Origin: Clostridiales bacterium | GTDB lineage: Bacteria > Bacillota > Clostridia > Saccharofermentanales > Saccharofermentanaceae | DNA: 64,000 nt | Assembly: GCA_017513085.1 (NCBI GenBank) | Contig: JAFWDK010000027.1 | Location: 96,001-160,000, forward strand | Reading direction: 5' to 3' | In this document: positions 17,775 through 28,064 of the stretch, piece after piece | How the letters are laid out: every line of letters begins with the position of its first letter | Position numbering within the stretch: position 1 is the stretch's first letter | The notes under the pieces: model-generated | Database searches by the model: none | What the model saw: the letters and a program-made list of their open reading frames with translations, nothing else | What the model was told of the DNA's origin: nothing | Program-made: the position numbers and the translations under genes

Positions 17775-18662
17775 TTAAAGCATATCAACCAGTTTTCGCA
17801 GACGGTGATTCATGCCGGATTTACTGATAGGCGGGTTCATGAGTTTCCCGAGTTCTTCCAGCGACAGACCCGGATTATCGATATGGAGCCGAGCCACATC
17901 CAGCAGTTCTTTTGGAATACGGCCGGCCTTATCCGAAGCCAGAAGTGCCTGCAGCTGCTTCGTTCTGCGCGCGCTGGCATCTGCCTGCTGCTTCATGGTC
18001 CAGTTATCGAGATTAACTGTACTTGCCACCATCCGGTTGACTTCTCTTTGGGCACGGACATTCTGCAATTCCATCATTTGGCGGACTGCTCCCAAGATTA
18101 CCAGAAAATCGCTGATCGCATCTGTCTTCTTGAAATAGATCGCCCAGGTCGTATCGGAAACTCTCGTGGACGGTTCAATATTCTCCGCGTGAAAAAGAAG
18201 GATCAGCGGCTTTACGAAAGCGTCCGTGCGGCACAAGATCTCGATGCGGCTTTTCTTCTGCGGATCCGAATACGAGCCTCTCGCCAAAAAAGCACCTCGC
18301 AGGATCGCCCGGCGGACGCCTTCGTTTTCGGAGATATCTTCCACGATGGTATCCGGCGTCAAAAAAGGCTCGATAAACTCCAGAAACGAGTTCTTTTCGA
18401 ACGTAACAGCATAGAACGAGCCCCCACGGCGTCCGATCTTTTCTATCTCTTTTAAGGGGAATATCTTTCCGCTTTTTCTCGCATCTTCGCAAAGCCGTTG
18501 TGCCACGAGTTCTCTCGGGCAGCAGACTGTAATGTCATTTTCTTCGGAAAAACCGCTGCACAAGCAGATAGAAGCCATCTCCGCCGCCCATTCTTCACTA
18601 GTACTGTATTGATGCTTCAGTATTTCTTTCTTTATCTCAACGGAAGGCGTTTCCACGCTCAT
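17775..18662 (-). CDS. whiA: DNA-binding protein WhiA
   Basis: LRGAFLARGS-SDP LAGLIDADG-like region; SLEELG---NPPISKSGMNHRLRKL C-terminal HTH; follows rapZ. Confidence 0.9.
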   Translation of the reverse strand: MSVETPSVEIKKEILKHQYSTSEEWAAEMASICLCSGFSEENDITVCCPRELVAQRLCEDARKSGKIFPLKEIEKIGRRGGSFYAVTFEKNSFLEFIEPFLTPDTIVEDISENEGVRRAILRGAFLARGSYSDPQKKSRIEILCRTDAFVKPLILLFHAENIEPSTRVSDTTWAIYFKKTDAISDFLVILGAVRQMMELQNVRAQREVNRMVASTVNLDNWTMKQQADASARRTKQLQALLASDKAGRIPKELLDVARLHIDNPGLSLEELGKLMNPPISKSGMNHRLRKLVDML

Positions 18663-19558
18663 GCTTTGTTGCCCTCTTGCCGCTGGTATCGCGGATCCTT
18701 ATCAATATCCCTGTGGTGAAGCGAGACGCGGTATCCTTCTTTTTTCAATCCCTCATAGAGACGTTCGGCCATATATACCGAACGGTGGCGGCCTCCGGTG
18801 CAGCCGACGCCGACAGACAGTCTTGCCTTGCCTTCGCGGATGTAGTACGGGATCGAGAATACCAGGAGATCCATCATCTTCGTATAGTACTCCTTCGTTT
18901 CACTGTATCCTTCCAGAAAATCGACGATCTCCTGATTTTTTCCCGAGAGCATCTTCAGTTCCGGAATATAAAACGGATTCGGTAAGAAACGCACATCACA
19001 GGTAATATCGCAATCTCCGGGGATACCATACTTGAAGCCGAAGGATTCCACGTGAATATCCATTGTGCTTAAGTCTTCCACATCGATGATATTCACCAAT
19101 TCTTCGCGCAGGCCATTGAGATCCATCATGGACGTATCGATAACATGGGTAGCTCTTGCACGGATCCCGCGCATCAGATCACGTTCTTTATCGATGGCTT
19201 CCACCAACGATAGACCGTCGGAAAGCGGATGTTTACGGCGTGTCTGACGATACCTGCTGACCAGCACGGCATCACTTGCTTCCAGGAATATGATACGGTA
19301 AGGACAGCCCAGATTCTTGATTTCCGTCATGGCCTTGCCGAATCCCTTCAAAAGGTCATTACTACGGATATCCACTACAAAAGCAAGCTTGTTGATTGCG
19401 TATCCTTCGCCGCCTTGTCCCTTTAAAAAAGTATGCACCAACTCCGGAAGTACGACCGGTGGAAGATTATCGATACAAAAATACCCCTGATCCTCCAAAA
19501 AATGCACTGCCTGGCTTTTTCCCGCGCCGGACATTCCCGTCAGAATAATAACGTCCAT
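18659..19558 (-). CDS. rapZ: RNase adapter / P-loop protein RapZ (YvcJ)
   Basis: TGMSGAGKS, DNLPP, SFGFKYG, DVRFLPNP and GCTGGRHRSV motifs. Confidence 0.95.
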   Translation of the reverse strand: MDVIILTGMSGAGKSQAVHFLEDQGYFCIDNLPPVVLPELVHTFLKGQGGEGYAINKLAFVVDIRSNDLLKGFGKAMTEIKNLGCPYRIIFLEASDAVLVSRYRQTRRKHPLSDGLSLVEAIDKERDLMRGIRARATHVIDTSMMDLNGLREELVNIIDVEDLSTMDIHVESFGFKYGIPGDCDITCDVRFLPNPFYIPELKMLSGKNQEIVDFLEGYSETKEYYTKMMDLLVFSIPYYIREGKARLSVGVGCTGGRHRSVYMAERLYEGLKKEGYRVSLHHRDIDKDPRYQRQEGNKA

Positions 19559-19585
19559 ATTACTCCTTCTTTCCAGAAACCGTTG

Positions 19586-20599
19586 TTATTTTGATCCCTT
19601 CGCCTCATTGCAGGAGGAATCGTCTTCGCCTGTTTGTGAATAACCTATTCCGATGAAGCGGACTTCCCGCTCCAAAGTAACACCGAATTTTTCTTCGACC
19701 ACTGCACGCACCTGCTTGGTCAGTTCATCGATATCGGCAGCAGTCGCACCGCCGATATTGATCACAAAGCCCGCATGCTTTTCGGAGACTTGCGCGCCAC
19801 CGACAGTAAATCCTTTAAGACCGGCCTGGTCGATCAATGTACCGGCATAATAACCTGTCGGACGCTTAAACATACTTCCCGCGCTCGGATAATTCAACGG
19901 CTGGGATTTCGTACGCTTCTCCGTATATTCTTTGATCTGTGCGGCGATCTTCTCTTTATCGCCCCGATGAAGTTTCAGTACCACCGTCAAAACGATACCG
20001 CCATCCTTCATAAAACAGCTGGAACGGTATCCGAAATCACATTCATCACGGTTGACTGTGTAGGTCTCGCCGTTTTTCGAAACACAAAGCACAGAATCCA
20101 CGATTTCTTTCATATCGTGCTCATACGCACCGGCATTCATATATACCGCGCCACCAAGAGAGCCGGGTATTCCGGATGCAAACTCAAGCCCGGTCAACGC
20201 CTGTCTCGTAGCCATAGATGAGACCTTCGCAAGAAGCGCGCCGGCATATGCATGCATATATACGACATCATCATCGTTCGGATCATTTTCCGTCCATATG
20301 CTCGAGAATCTCTCGCCCAGGCGAATCACCAAAGCGTCGATCCCCTGGTCTGAAATCACCAGATTCGATCCGTTTCCCAGAATAAAATACGGGATATGGA
20401 TCGCCTCGGCCACTTGAATAAGAACGATCACTTCACGAAGTTCGGAAGGTTCAATATAAAGACGTGCCGGACCTCCGACGCGGAACGAGGTGTGTCTGCT
20501 CATCATCTCATCCGTCTTCAATTGTTCTTCCAGGACCCAGAACCCCGCCTCGCATATTTCTTTGCGGAATTCCAGGATCTTCTGTTCATCCAATATCAT
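19586..20599 (-). CDS. murB: UDP-N-acetylenolpyruvoylglucosamine reductase
   Basis: HTSFRVGGPA, GNGSN, GIPGSLGGAVYMNAGAY, FGYRSS, SAGSMFKRP and SEKHAGF motifs. Confidence 0.95.
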   Translation of the reverse strand: MILDEQKILEFRKEICEAGFWVLEEQLKTDEMMSRHTSFRVGGPARLYIEPSELREVIVLIQVAEAIHIPYFILGNGSNLVISDQGIDALVIRLGERFSSIWTENDPNDDDVVYMHAYAGALLAKVSSMATRQALTGLEFASGIPGSLGGAVYMNAGAYEHDMKEIVDSVLCVSKNGETYTVNRDECDFGYRSSCFMKDGGIVLTVVLKLHRGDKEKIAAQIKEYTEKRTKSQPLNYPSAGSMFKRPTGYYAGTLIDQAGLKGFTVGGAQVSEKHAGFVINIGGATAADIDELTKQVRAVVEEKFGVTLEREVRFIGIGYSQTGEDDSSCNEAKGSK

Positions 20600-20631
20600 T
20601 TGTGTTTCCTCCAAGTCCGGTTTGAATCGTG

Positions 20632-21561
20632 TTAAGCATTCAAGCCTCCCGGGAATACACGGGTAACCAGATCTTTCGCTGCATTGTAGCCCATCTTCTT
20701 TACACGATAATTGATTGCCGCCGCCTCAACGATGATGGCAAGATTTCGACCAGGTCCGACAGGGATCGTGATCGAAGGAACTGCAATGCCGAGAATATCT
20801 GTCGTCTCATCTGTGATACCCAGACGGTCATAGGTTTTCTTCTCATCCCACAGCTCCAGATTAATAACGAAGTCGATGTTCTCCTGAAGTTTAACGGAAG
20901 AAACACCGTAGAGTTCTTTTACATCGAGGATACCGATACCGCGGATCTCGATCAGATGCCGGATCACTTCCGGCGCACGGCCAAGGAGCGTAGTCTCCGA
21001 AACTCTTCGTATCTCCACCTGATCGTCTGCGATCAGCCGGTGTCCACGTTTTACGATCTCCAACGCCGTTTCCGACTTACCTACACCGCTCTCGCCCAGG
21101 ATCAGAATACCTTCACCGTTTACCTCAACCAGTACACCATGCATAGAGATGCGCGGCGCCAGTTCCACATTCAGATATTTGACCAGCGAACTCATAAATT
21201 CACTCGTCGCCTGATGTGTGCGAAGCACCGGTATATCAGCTTCCTGCGCAACTTCAAGAAGCTCGTCGTGTGCCACGTGATTTCTGGTAAGGATCAGGCA
21301 AGGAATGTTCTTCGCAAAAAGCGCTGCAAGCCGTTCTCTTCTCTGTTCACTCGTCAGTTTGTCCAGAAAAGCATGCTCCATGTTACCGATCAACTGGATA
21401 CGGTCCGGACCGAAGTGATCGTAGTAACCTGCCAGTTGAAGTCCGGGTCTCGTTACGTCAGCAACGTGAATGCGGACCTGATTGATGTCTTTCGAAGCAT
21501 AGACCTCTTCCAAATCAAAAGTCTTGATGATTTCCGTTAGAAAAACGCTCGAATATGGCAT
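20632..21561 (-). CDS. hprK: HPr kinase/phosphorylase
   Basis: RPGLQLAG, HGVLV, GESGVGKSETALE, LIADD, EIRGIGI and GRNLA motifs. Confidence 0.96.
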   Translation of the reverse strand: MPYSSVFLTEIIKTFDLEEVYASKDINQVRIHVADVTRPGLQLAGYYDHFGPDRIQLIGNMEHAFLDKLTSEQRRERLAALFAKNIPCLILTRNHVAHDELLEVAQEADIPVLRTHQATSEFMSSLVKYLNVELAPRISMHGVLVEVNGEGILILGESGVGKSETALEIVKRGHRLIADDQVEIRRVSETTLLGRAPEVIRHLIEIRGIGILDVKELYGVSSVKLQENIDFVINLELWDEKKTYDRLGITDETTDILGIAVPSITIPVGPGRNLAIIVEAAAINYRVKKMGYNAAKDLVTRVFPGGLNA

Positions 21562-21769
21562 GACATGCTCCTCCGTCGAATAATAGCTTACATTTCATTT
21601 TATAACAAATCGGCTCAAATGAATATCTCTTCATCAAGACAATTCTATGTCCGTTGCTTTTTCCGGCATCTTTTCCGGATCACAAAGAAAACTCTCCGAA
21701 GGCGGTCCGTGTTTTCTAACAACCGTGCACGTCTTCGGAGAGATATTCTTCTAAACTAAATTACAGTGA

Positions 21770-23851
21770 TCACTCTTCCTCAGCAAGGAATGCCTTTCTC
21801 GCTTCGATGACCTTCGCCTGAACATCACCCGGAGCCTGCTCATAACGGGCATGCTCAATGGTATACCAGCCACGTCCCTGAGTCATAGACTTAAGATCAG
21901 TTGCATAAGTAGCCATCTCTGCTGTCGGAACTTCGCAGTTGATGACCGAACCGGTCTCATCACTGTCGATACCCATGATACGACCACGACGCTTGTTCAT
22001 GTCGCCCATGATATCACCCTGCTTATCTTCCGGGATGTGTACGGCCACGGTGCTGATCGGCTCAAGGAGAACCGGGTTGGCAGCCGCCATACCAGCCTTG
22101 AAAGCTAGGCTTGCAGCAATCTTAAATGCCATTTCCGAAGAGTCAACATCGTGATAAGAACCATCAACGAGTGTAGCTTTAAGGTTTACTACCGGGAATC
22201 CGGCAAGAGTACCCTTCTTCACTGCGTCCTGAAGACCTTTCTCAACTGCAGGGAAGAAATTCTTCGGTACCGCGCCACCGAAAACTTTCTCGTCAAATAC
22301 GAGCTCTTCGGAATCTGTCGGTTCGAATTCGATCCAGACGTCACCATACTGACCATGACCACCGGACTGTTTCTTATGCTTACCCTGAACCTTGACCTTC
22401 TTACGGATCGCTTCACGATACGGAACACGAGGTTCTTCCAGATCAGCATCCACGTTGAACTTGGTCTTCAGTTTACTCTTAAGAACGGAGATCTCCTGCT
22501 CACCAAGACCGGAGATGACCATCTGCTTGGTCTCTGCGTTATTGGTCACAACAAATACCGGATCCTCATCCTTCAGCTTATTCAAGCCGGCCATGATCTT
22601 ATCCTCTTCACCTCTCGCCTTCGGAACGATACCCATAGACAAACATGGTGTCGGGAAATTGATCTTTGTCAAAGTAACGATACGGGACTTATCGCAGAGT
22701 GTATCGTTGGTCTGTGTAAGCACAAGCTTTGCCACGGCACCGATATCACCTGCAACCACTTTATCTGTCGGGATCTGCTTCTTACCTACCATATAGAACA
22801 GACCGCCCAGACGCTCTTCCTTTTCTTTTACCGCGTTATAAACGGTAGAGTTCGCCTTCAGAACACCTGCATACACACGGAACAAAGAGATTCTTCCAAC
22901 AAACGGGTCAGCGATCGTCTTAAATACGAAAGCGGCCAACGGATCCTCTTCCTTACATACAACAGTCACCACATCCCCATCTGGCGTTACACCCTCTTGC
23001 GGTGGCTTAGTCGAAGCCGGCGGAGTATCCTTGGAAAGGCAGTTCATCAGGAATTCCACGCCCCAGTTCTTGTAAGCAGAACCACAATATACCGGGTGCA
23101 GAACGCCATCCGCAAATCCGGCATGAACGCCTCGACGGAATTCGTCTTCGGTGAACGGCTCACCTGCGAAATACTTCTCCATCAATTCTTCGTCGCTCTC
23201 AGCAACTACTTCGTTAACCTTATCCTGAAGTTCCGCTACTCGCGCTTCAAACTCTGCAGGAAGCGGAATCTCGGTCTGTGCGCCGGTCTTCTCGTCCAGT
23301 GTGAAAGCACGCTTATTCATAACGTCTACGATACCGGTCATCTTGTCGCCGCTCATGATCGGCAAAGAAAGCGGGATCACGCCACGGCCATAGCGGTTCA
23401 TCATACGGGAAACCACGCCCTCGAAATCCGCATTCGGTTCGTCCATTCTGTTTACAAAGAAGAGAAAAGGCACTTTTCTCTTATTGAGAAGTCTGATCGC
23501 CTTTTCAGAACCGACGGAAGTTCCGCCCTTGGCACTGATCAATACGATCGCACTGCCTGCTACACGAATACCGGCCATCGTCTCACCAAGAAAATCGAAA
23601 TCACCGGGGGTGTCGATGAGATTCATCTTCGTATTCTTCCACTCACATGCCGCAACGGACGTATTAAGTGAAATCTGTCGCTTCACTTCCTCCGGATCAA
23701 AATCCAGAGCCGTGTTTCCATCTACAGCGCGGCCGAGACGATCGATCGCCTTCGCACAGAAGAGCATCGCTTCTGCCAGTGCTGTCTTACCAGATCCGCC
23801 ATGTCCCAATAACGCAATGTTACGGATCTTGTCTGCCGAATAATTGGTCAT
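21770..23851 (-). CDS. fusA: elongation factor G paralog (EF-G-like / FusA2 class)
   Basis: Full five-domain EF-G with DTPG, KQSGGHGQYG and GSYHDVDSSEMAF, but P-loop GHGGSGKT rather than AHIDAGKT; not in an str operon. Confidence 0.9.
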   Translation of the reverse strand: MTNYSADKIRNIALLGHGGSGKTALAEAMLFCAKAIDRLGRAVDGNTALDFDPEEVKRQISLNTSVAACEWKNTKMNLIDTPGDFDFLGETMAGIRVAGSAIVLISAKGGTSVGSEKAIRLLNKRKVPFLFFVNRMDEPNADFEGVVSRMMNRYGRGVIPLSLPIMSGDKMTGIVDVMNKRAFTLDEKTGAQTEIPLPAEFEARVAELQDKVNEVVAESDEELMEKYFAGEPFTEDEFRRGVHAGFADGVLHPVYCGSAYKNWGVEFLMNCLSKDTPPASTKPPQEGVTPDGDVVTVVCKEEDPLAAFVFKTIADPFVGRISLFRVYAGVLKANSTVYNAVKEKEERLGGLFYMVGKKQIPTDKVVAGDIGAVAKLVLTQTNDTLCDKSRIVTLTKINFPTPCLSMGIVPKARGEEDKIMAGLNKLKDEDPVFVVTNNAETKQMVISGLGEQEISVLKSKLKTKFNVDADLEEPRVPYREAIRKKVKVQGKHKKQSGGHGQYGDVWIEFEPTDSEELVFDEKVFGGAVPKNFFPAVEKGLQDAVKKGTLAGFPVVNLKATLVDGSYHDVDSSEMAFKIAASLAFKAGMAAANPVLLEPISTVAVHIPEDKQGDIMGDMNKRRGRIMGIDSDETGSVINCEVPTAEMATYATDLKSMTQGRGWYTIEHARYEQAPGDVQAKVIEARKAFLAEEE

Positions 23852-24141
23852 GTATTCGTCCTCCTAATTCAAACTCTAATGTGACTATTATAACCGATAT
23901 TGTAAACAATATCCACAAAAACTTTCATTCATAGGAAAACTTTTTTGTGATACTTAACGGCAACTTGTCAAAAAGAACAAACACTTCATCTGCATTTCAA
24001 AAAAGTGGTGATTTTGGAGCACTCAAAGACAAACCAAGGCCGCCTCTTCCAAGCCTAAACCGGCAGAAGAGACGGCCCTGATTCTGAAACTACAAACCTT
24101 AGAGGTGTACCCGATGCACACTCTTGCGTTTTATCGGCGGA

Positions 24142-26562
24142 TCACTTTTTTCCGCCCTCAACCTTATTTCTCTCGAATACCATGATCACACGGTCTTCCT
24201 TAATGGATACCGAGCTGGCGCTGAGCGACATCGCATCGCCGCCACCCAGAGAAGCCTGAACTTTACCGCCTTCATCATTGATCATGCTGTGGAGATGCCA
24301 TCCACCGGCTGCCTTGGCCGCGAGGATCTCCGCGATTCTTTCGGAATTGACTTCACCATTGCTCAAGTGTGGAACAACCACTACAGAGTATTCCTTCAAT
24401 CCATCCGCGATCGAAACGACTCCGCCGGCGCCACCGCCGACCGGCATCTTATCCAGTCTGTCCTGCAGCTTCTTGACTGCAGCCTGTGTCTCATTCAACT
24501 GCTTCTCTAACTCTTCTTTCGACTTAGCCATCTCTGCCAATTCACGCTCCTTCTCTTTGAGTGCATCCTGAAGTTTGCCCTTTTCGCTTTCGGAAAGCGC
24601 AGATTCCTTCAAGGAGACCGCACGCTTTTCTGCCTTCAGGATCAATTCCTGTGCCTCGACTTCGGCCAGTTTCTTCGCATTCTTCGAATCAGCAATGATT
24701 GCCTTGGCGTTCTCCAGATCGCTCTTCAAAGCTGCAATCTGCGTCGTATACGAACTCTTGCTTTCTTCCTGCTCCTTCGTCATCTTTGCGATTTCCGCTT
24801 CCAGAGCACTCTTTTGTTTTGCGATGACATCACAGCCGGCCTTCGCTTCTGCCTGAAGACGATCCTTCTCCTGCTGTGCATTCTTGATGGCATTCTCCGC
24901 CTCGGTCATCTTCGCCTTGGCTGCTTCTTCCATCTTCTGTTTCTCTTGCTGAGCTAATCCAAGCACCTGAGCCGCTTCTGCATCCAGTTTGCTCTTCTCG
25001 GCCTGGGATTTCTCCAGCTCCTGTTTAGCTGCAGCATTGATACGATTGCGCTCGTCTTCCGCTTCCTTGGCAATACGGGCTTTTTCCTGCTCCGCCTGAG
25101 CAATCGCTGCCTGTGCTTCCTTAGCGATACGGGCTTTCTCGTCTTCCGCTTCCTTGGCAAGACGTGCCTTATCTTGTTCCGCTTGAGCAATCGCAGCCTG
25201 CACTTCTGCCGCAATCCGGTTCTTCTCATCTTCTGCTTCTTTTGAAAGACGAGCCTTATCCTGTTCGGCCTGCGCAATGATAGCCTGCGCCTCCACTGCG
25301 ATGCGGTTCTTCTCTTCTTCCGCAGACTGTGCGATCTGCGATCTTGTGATCTCTGCTTCTTGAGTGATACGGGCTTTCTCTTCTTCCGCCTGAGCAACCG
25401 CCGCCTGAGCTTCCTGCTGCATACGTGTCGCTTCCTGCTGCAGTGCCTCCAAGGAAAGCTTCGCCTCTGCTTCGAGACGCTTCTTCTCCTGCTCGGCATT
25501 CTTTCTCAGCGTTTCGATCTCCGCCTCAATATTCTCTTTCTCCTGGGCAACGGCTTCATAGGAAGCCTGTGTCTCATCCAGAGCCTGCTTCATGCGTTCA
25601 GACTCTTCCATGATCTTCTGCTGCTCCGCCTGAGCTTTATTCGCCTCATTAATAACACGCTGCGCTTCTGCAGTATAGGCTTTCAGCTCCTCTGCAGCCT
25701 GCTTCTTCGTCTCTTCCACACTGGTAAGGACCTGCTGTGCTTCCGCCAAAGCCTGCGCCTTAGCATCTTCACCTTCCTTGATTGCCGCAGCACGGGCCTC
25801 TTCGCCTTCTTTGATCTTGGCCTTGCTGATCTCGGAAGCTTCAGCCTCCAGGCGGGCACGCTCGCCCTCATAATCATTACGGATCGCCTCAATGGACGCC
25901 GTCATCTCTTCGTATTCTTTTTTCGCCTTATCGCGCTCAGCCATTGCCGCCTTCGTAGCTTCTTCCGCCGCGATGGCTTCATCAAGCAACTGCTGCTTAC
26001 GCGCCATGGCATCTTTATATTCTTTCTGAACCTGAACAGCCAGCTTCTCTGTCTGTTTCTGGGCATCAAGCAGGATCGCTTCCTGTTCCTTCTGTGCCTG
26101 CTTGACCATCTCATCATGTTCTGCGGCCATCTCTTTTCTGGCCTGTTCTTTCAGTTTTTCCAGCTCTGCGCCGGCATCCTTGGAACGTTTCTTCTCGATT
26201 TCAACTGATTCTCTGAGCTCCTCCAACTCTTTCTCCAGTTGTTTTCTCTCGTCCAAAGCACGCTGGCGGATCTCCACATATTCTTTCTCGATCCGGATCT
26301 TCTCCGATTCCAGTTGCTGGTTCAGCGTCTCGATCTCACGCTGATTACGAGCCTTCATTTCAACGATCGCTTTCTCCTCACTGGATCGTTTCTGTTCCAC
26401 TCTGCTGGCAGCTTCCTGTTCGTTCCGCTTGATATTCTCATTCGCTTCCTGGCGAGCAACATCCTCGCCCTCACGTGCAGCCTTCTGAAAGTCGTACTTA
26501 CACATGAAGCAACGAGCCACGTTATCACCCATCATAACGCCACATACTGGACACTTCTTCAT
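24142..26562 (-). CDS. Zn-ribbon / long coiled-coil protein with DUF4177-like C-terminal domain
   Basis: CPVC...CFMC N-terminus; about 680 aa of Ala/Glu/Lys/Gln-rich helix; C-terminal EY-VV...L---AAGGWHL...MVFER. Confidence 0.8.
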   Translation of the reverse strand: MKKCPVCGVMMGDNVARCFMCKYDFQKAAREGEDVARQEANENIKRNEQEAASRVEQKRSSEEKAIVEMKARNQREIETLNQQLESEKIRIEKEYVEIRQRALDERKQLEKELEELRESVEIEKKRSKDAGAELEKLKEQARKEMAAEHDEMVKQAQKEQEAILLDAQKQTEKLAVQVQKEYKDAMARKQQLLDEAIAAEEATKAAMAERDKAKKEYEEMTASIEAIRNDYEGERARLEAEASEISKAKIKEGEEARAAAIKEGEDAKAQALAEAQQVLTSVEETKKQAAEELKAYTAEAQRVINEANKAQAEQQKIMEESERMKQALDETQASYEAVAQEKENIEAEIETLRKNAEQEKKRLEAEAKLSLEALQQEATRMQQEAQAAVAQAEEEKARITQEAEITRSQIAQSAEEEKNRIAVEAQAIIAQAEQDKARLSKEAEDEKNRIAAEVQAAIAQAEQDKARLAKEAEDEKARIAKEAQAAIAQAEQEKARIAKEAEDERNRINAAAKQELEKSQAEKSKLDAEAAQVLGLAQQEKQKMEEAAKAKMTEAENAIKNAQQEKDRLQAEAKAGCDVIAKQKSALEAEIAKMTKEQEESKSSYTTQIAALKSDLENAKAIIADSKNAKKLAEVEAQELILKAEKRAVSLKESALSESEKGKLQDALKEKERELAEMAKSKEELEKQLNETQAAVKKLQDRLDKMPVGGGAGGVVSIADGLKEYSVVVVPHLSNGEVNSERIAEILAAKAAGGWHLHSMINDEGGKVQASLGGGDAMSLSASSVSIKEDRVIMVFERNKVEGGKK
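24976..25323 (-). repeat. four 87-bp (29-aa) tandem coding repeats
   Basis: Units AEEEKNRIAVEAQAIIAQAEQDKARLSKE, AEDEKNRIAAEVQAAIAQAEQDKARLAKE, AEDEKARIAKEAQAAIAQAEQEKARIAKE and a degenerate fourth. Confidence 0.85.
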
Positions 26563-26682
26563 TGCTATTTACTCCTCATGCATCGAATTGTAAAACAATT
26601 ATACAACGTTTTATTCACTTTTTCATTGTTTTCTGGGCGATTTTCACAATTAATTGACAAAGATTTTTCACAAAGTACAAGC

Positions 26683-27246
26683 TTAGCCTTGTACCGGAAC
26701 CGGGAAAAGGTCGAAACTTGAGGCAAAAGAGAAGGCTCCGACAAAAAGAAGGATATAGAAACAAAGAATGATTACCGAAATGATGACCATCAGCCGGCTC
26801 AATCTGAAACAATCTGCCTTTTTATACGGATTTCTTTCTCCTATACCGCTACACGCTTTCACCAGCGCAACAATGGCCAAAGGCAACGGCATTAAGATAC
26901 CAACCAGACTCAGGACCGAAATCACGATCAGGGCAATGGACATGCCTCGAAGAGCTTCAAAATCGTATTCTTCGGTGGCATCAATGTGATAGTAAGTACT
27001 CTCATCATATGCATAGGGAAAAGAACTCTCCGCCGTTGCATACTGCGGATTCATCGCCATGTCAGGCATCGGAAGCGCAGGAGAGGATACAGAAGGAAGG
27101 ATCGTCTCATCGGCTGTCGGAGTATAAAGCGGAATAACCGGATCCGGCATTTTAGCTGAATCTTGTGGCACTTCGATCATAGCGCCGCATTCCGGGCAGA
27201 ATGTGGCACCGTCTGCGATTTCTTTATGACAACGACTGCAGATCAT
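26683..27246 (-). CDS. zinc-ribbon membrane protein (Pro-rich linker, C-terminal TMs)
   Basis: CSRC...FCPECG N-terminus; TM hairpin plus C-terminal TM; RBS AAGGAG before ATG 27246. Confidence 0.75.
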   Translation of the reverse strand: MICSRCHKEIADGATFCPECGAMIEVPQDSAKMPDPVIPLYTPTADETILPSVSSPALPMPDMAMNPQYATAESSFPYAYDESTYYHIDATEEYDFEALRGMSIALIVISVLSLVGILMPLPLAIVALVKACSGIGERNPYKKADCFRLSRLMVIISVIILCFYILLFVGAFSFASSFDLFPVPVQG

Positions 27247-27351
27247 AACCGTTTCTCCTTCTTTCAGTTCTTTTCCCATCTTATCCGCTTCCATCAGACG
27301 CGTCAAGCATCAGCTCGTGTGCAGGAGCCGAAACCCGGTATTCAAATAAAA

Positions 27352-27378
27352 AGAGGGTAGTCATTTGCGACTACCCTC
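27352..27378 (-). terminator. intrinsic terminator
   Basis: Stem GAGGGTAGTC / GACTACCCTC with a U-tract on the minus strand. Confidence 0.65.
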
Positions 27379-27399
27379 CTGATCATTATAACTAAGAAA

Positions 27400-27954
27400 T
27401 TATTTTCCCATCTGCTCAACCGACTCGGATACAGATTCATATACCGACTCGAGGTATTCAGAGAAAGACTTTCCGTCAGCGTACTTGTTAAAGTTGACGA
27501 TCGTGGAGATGACCGAGAATGCCAAACCGCCGAGAATTACTACAAAAGCAATGATCATAAGAATGCGTGCTTTTCTTCTGTTGGAAGCTTCTTCTTCAGC
27601 ATTCATGCTGCTCTTTACCTTCGAGGCAAAGACGATACCAATGATACCGAGGACCATAGCGATCAAAGAAATAAAGTTTGTGCAGCAGCAGCAAACTACA
27701 CCAAGAACAAGCGCGATAATGTTTCCTGCAAGCAATCCGGCCGCGCTGCCCGGAGTATAGTATGGCGGCTGTACGCCATAAGAAGATTGTGGAGCTGTAT
27801 AAGAAGGTTCCGGCTGATACGGAGTCTGAACCGGTTGTTGCGGGAAAGTCGGCTGCGGCATTTCCTGTACCGGCTGTACTTCTACCTTTGCGCCACAGTT
27901 CTGGCAAAACGGGGAACCACCTGTTTCCTGACCACAATATTTACAAATAGACAT
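27400..27954 (-). CDS. zinc-ribbon, Pro/Gln-rich, DUF4190/CD225-like membrane protein
   Basis: CKYC...FCQNCG, Gln/Pro-rich linker, TM with CCCC, LGIIGIVFASKV...A----A--L-I TM. Confidence 0.78.
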   Translation of the reverse strand: MSICKYCGQETGGSPFCQNCGAKVEVQPVQEMPQPTFPQQPVQTPYQPEPSYTAPQSSYGVQPPYYTPGSAAGLLAGNIIALVLGVVCCCCTNFISLIAMVLGIIGIVFASKVKSSMNAEEEASNRRKARILMIIAFVVILGGLAFSVISTIVNFNKYADGKSFSEYLESVYESVSESVEQMGK

Positions 27955-28064
27955 TTTCTTCTCCTCCTGTTCCTAATACACGAACAAAATACATTTATTA
28001 TAATAATTTCTTTCCTATACAAACGCAAGAATCATGTTCTTTTCTTTAAGCATTCTTAAACAAG

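Noticed and set aside
21682-21750. Long imperfect hairpin between fusA-like and hprK as an sRNA
   Set aside because: The CTCTCCGAAG/CTTCGGAGAG stem with a U-rich flank fits an ordinary terminator.
22151-23671. 506-aa plus-strand ORF
   Set aside because: Antisense shadow of the EF-G paralog; no motifs; explained by codon bias of the sense gene.
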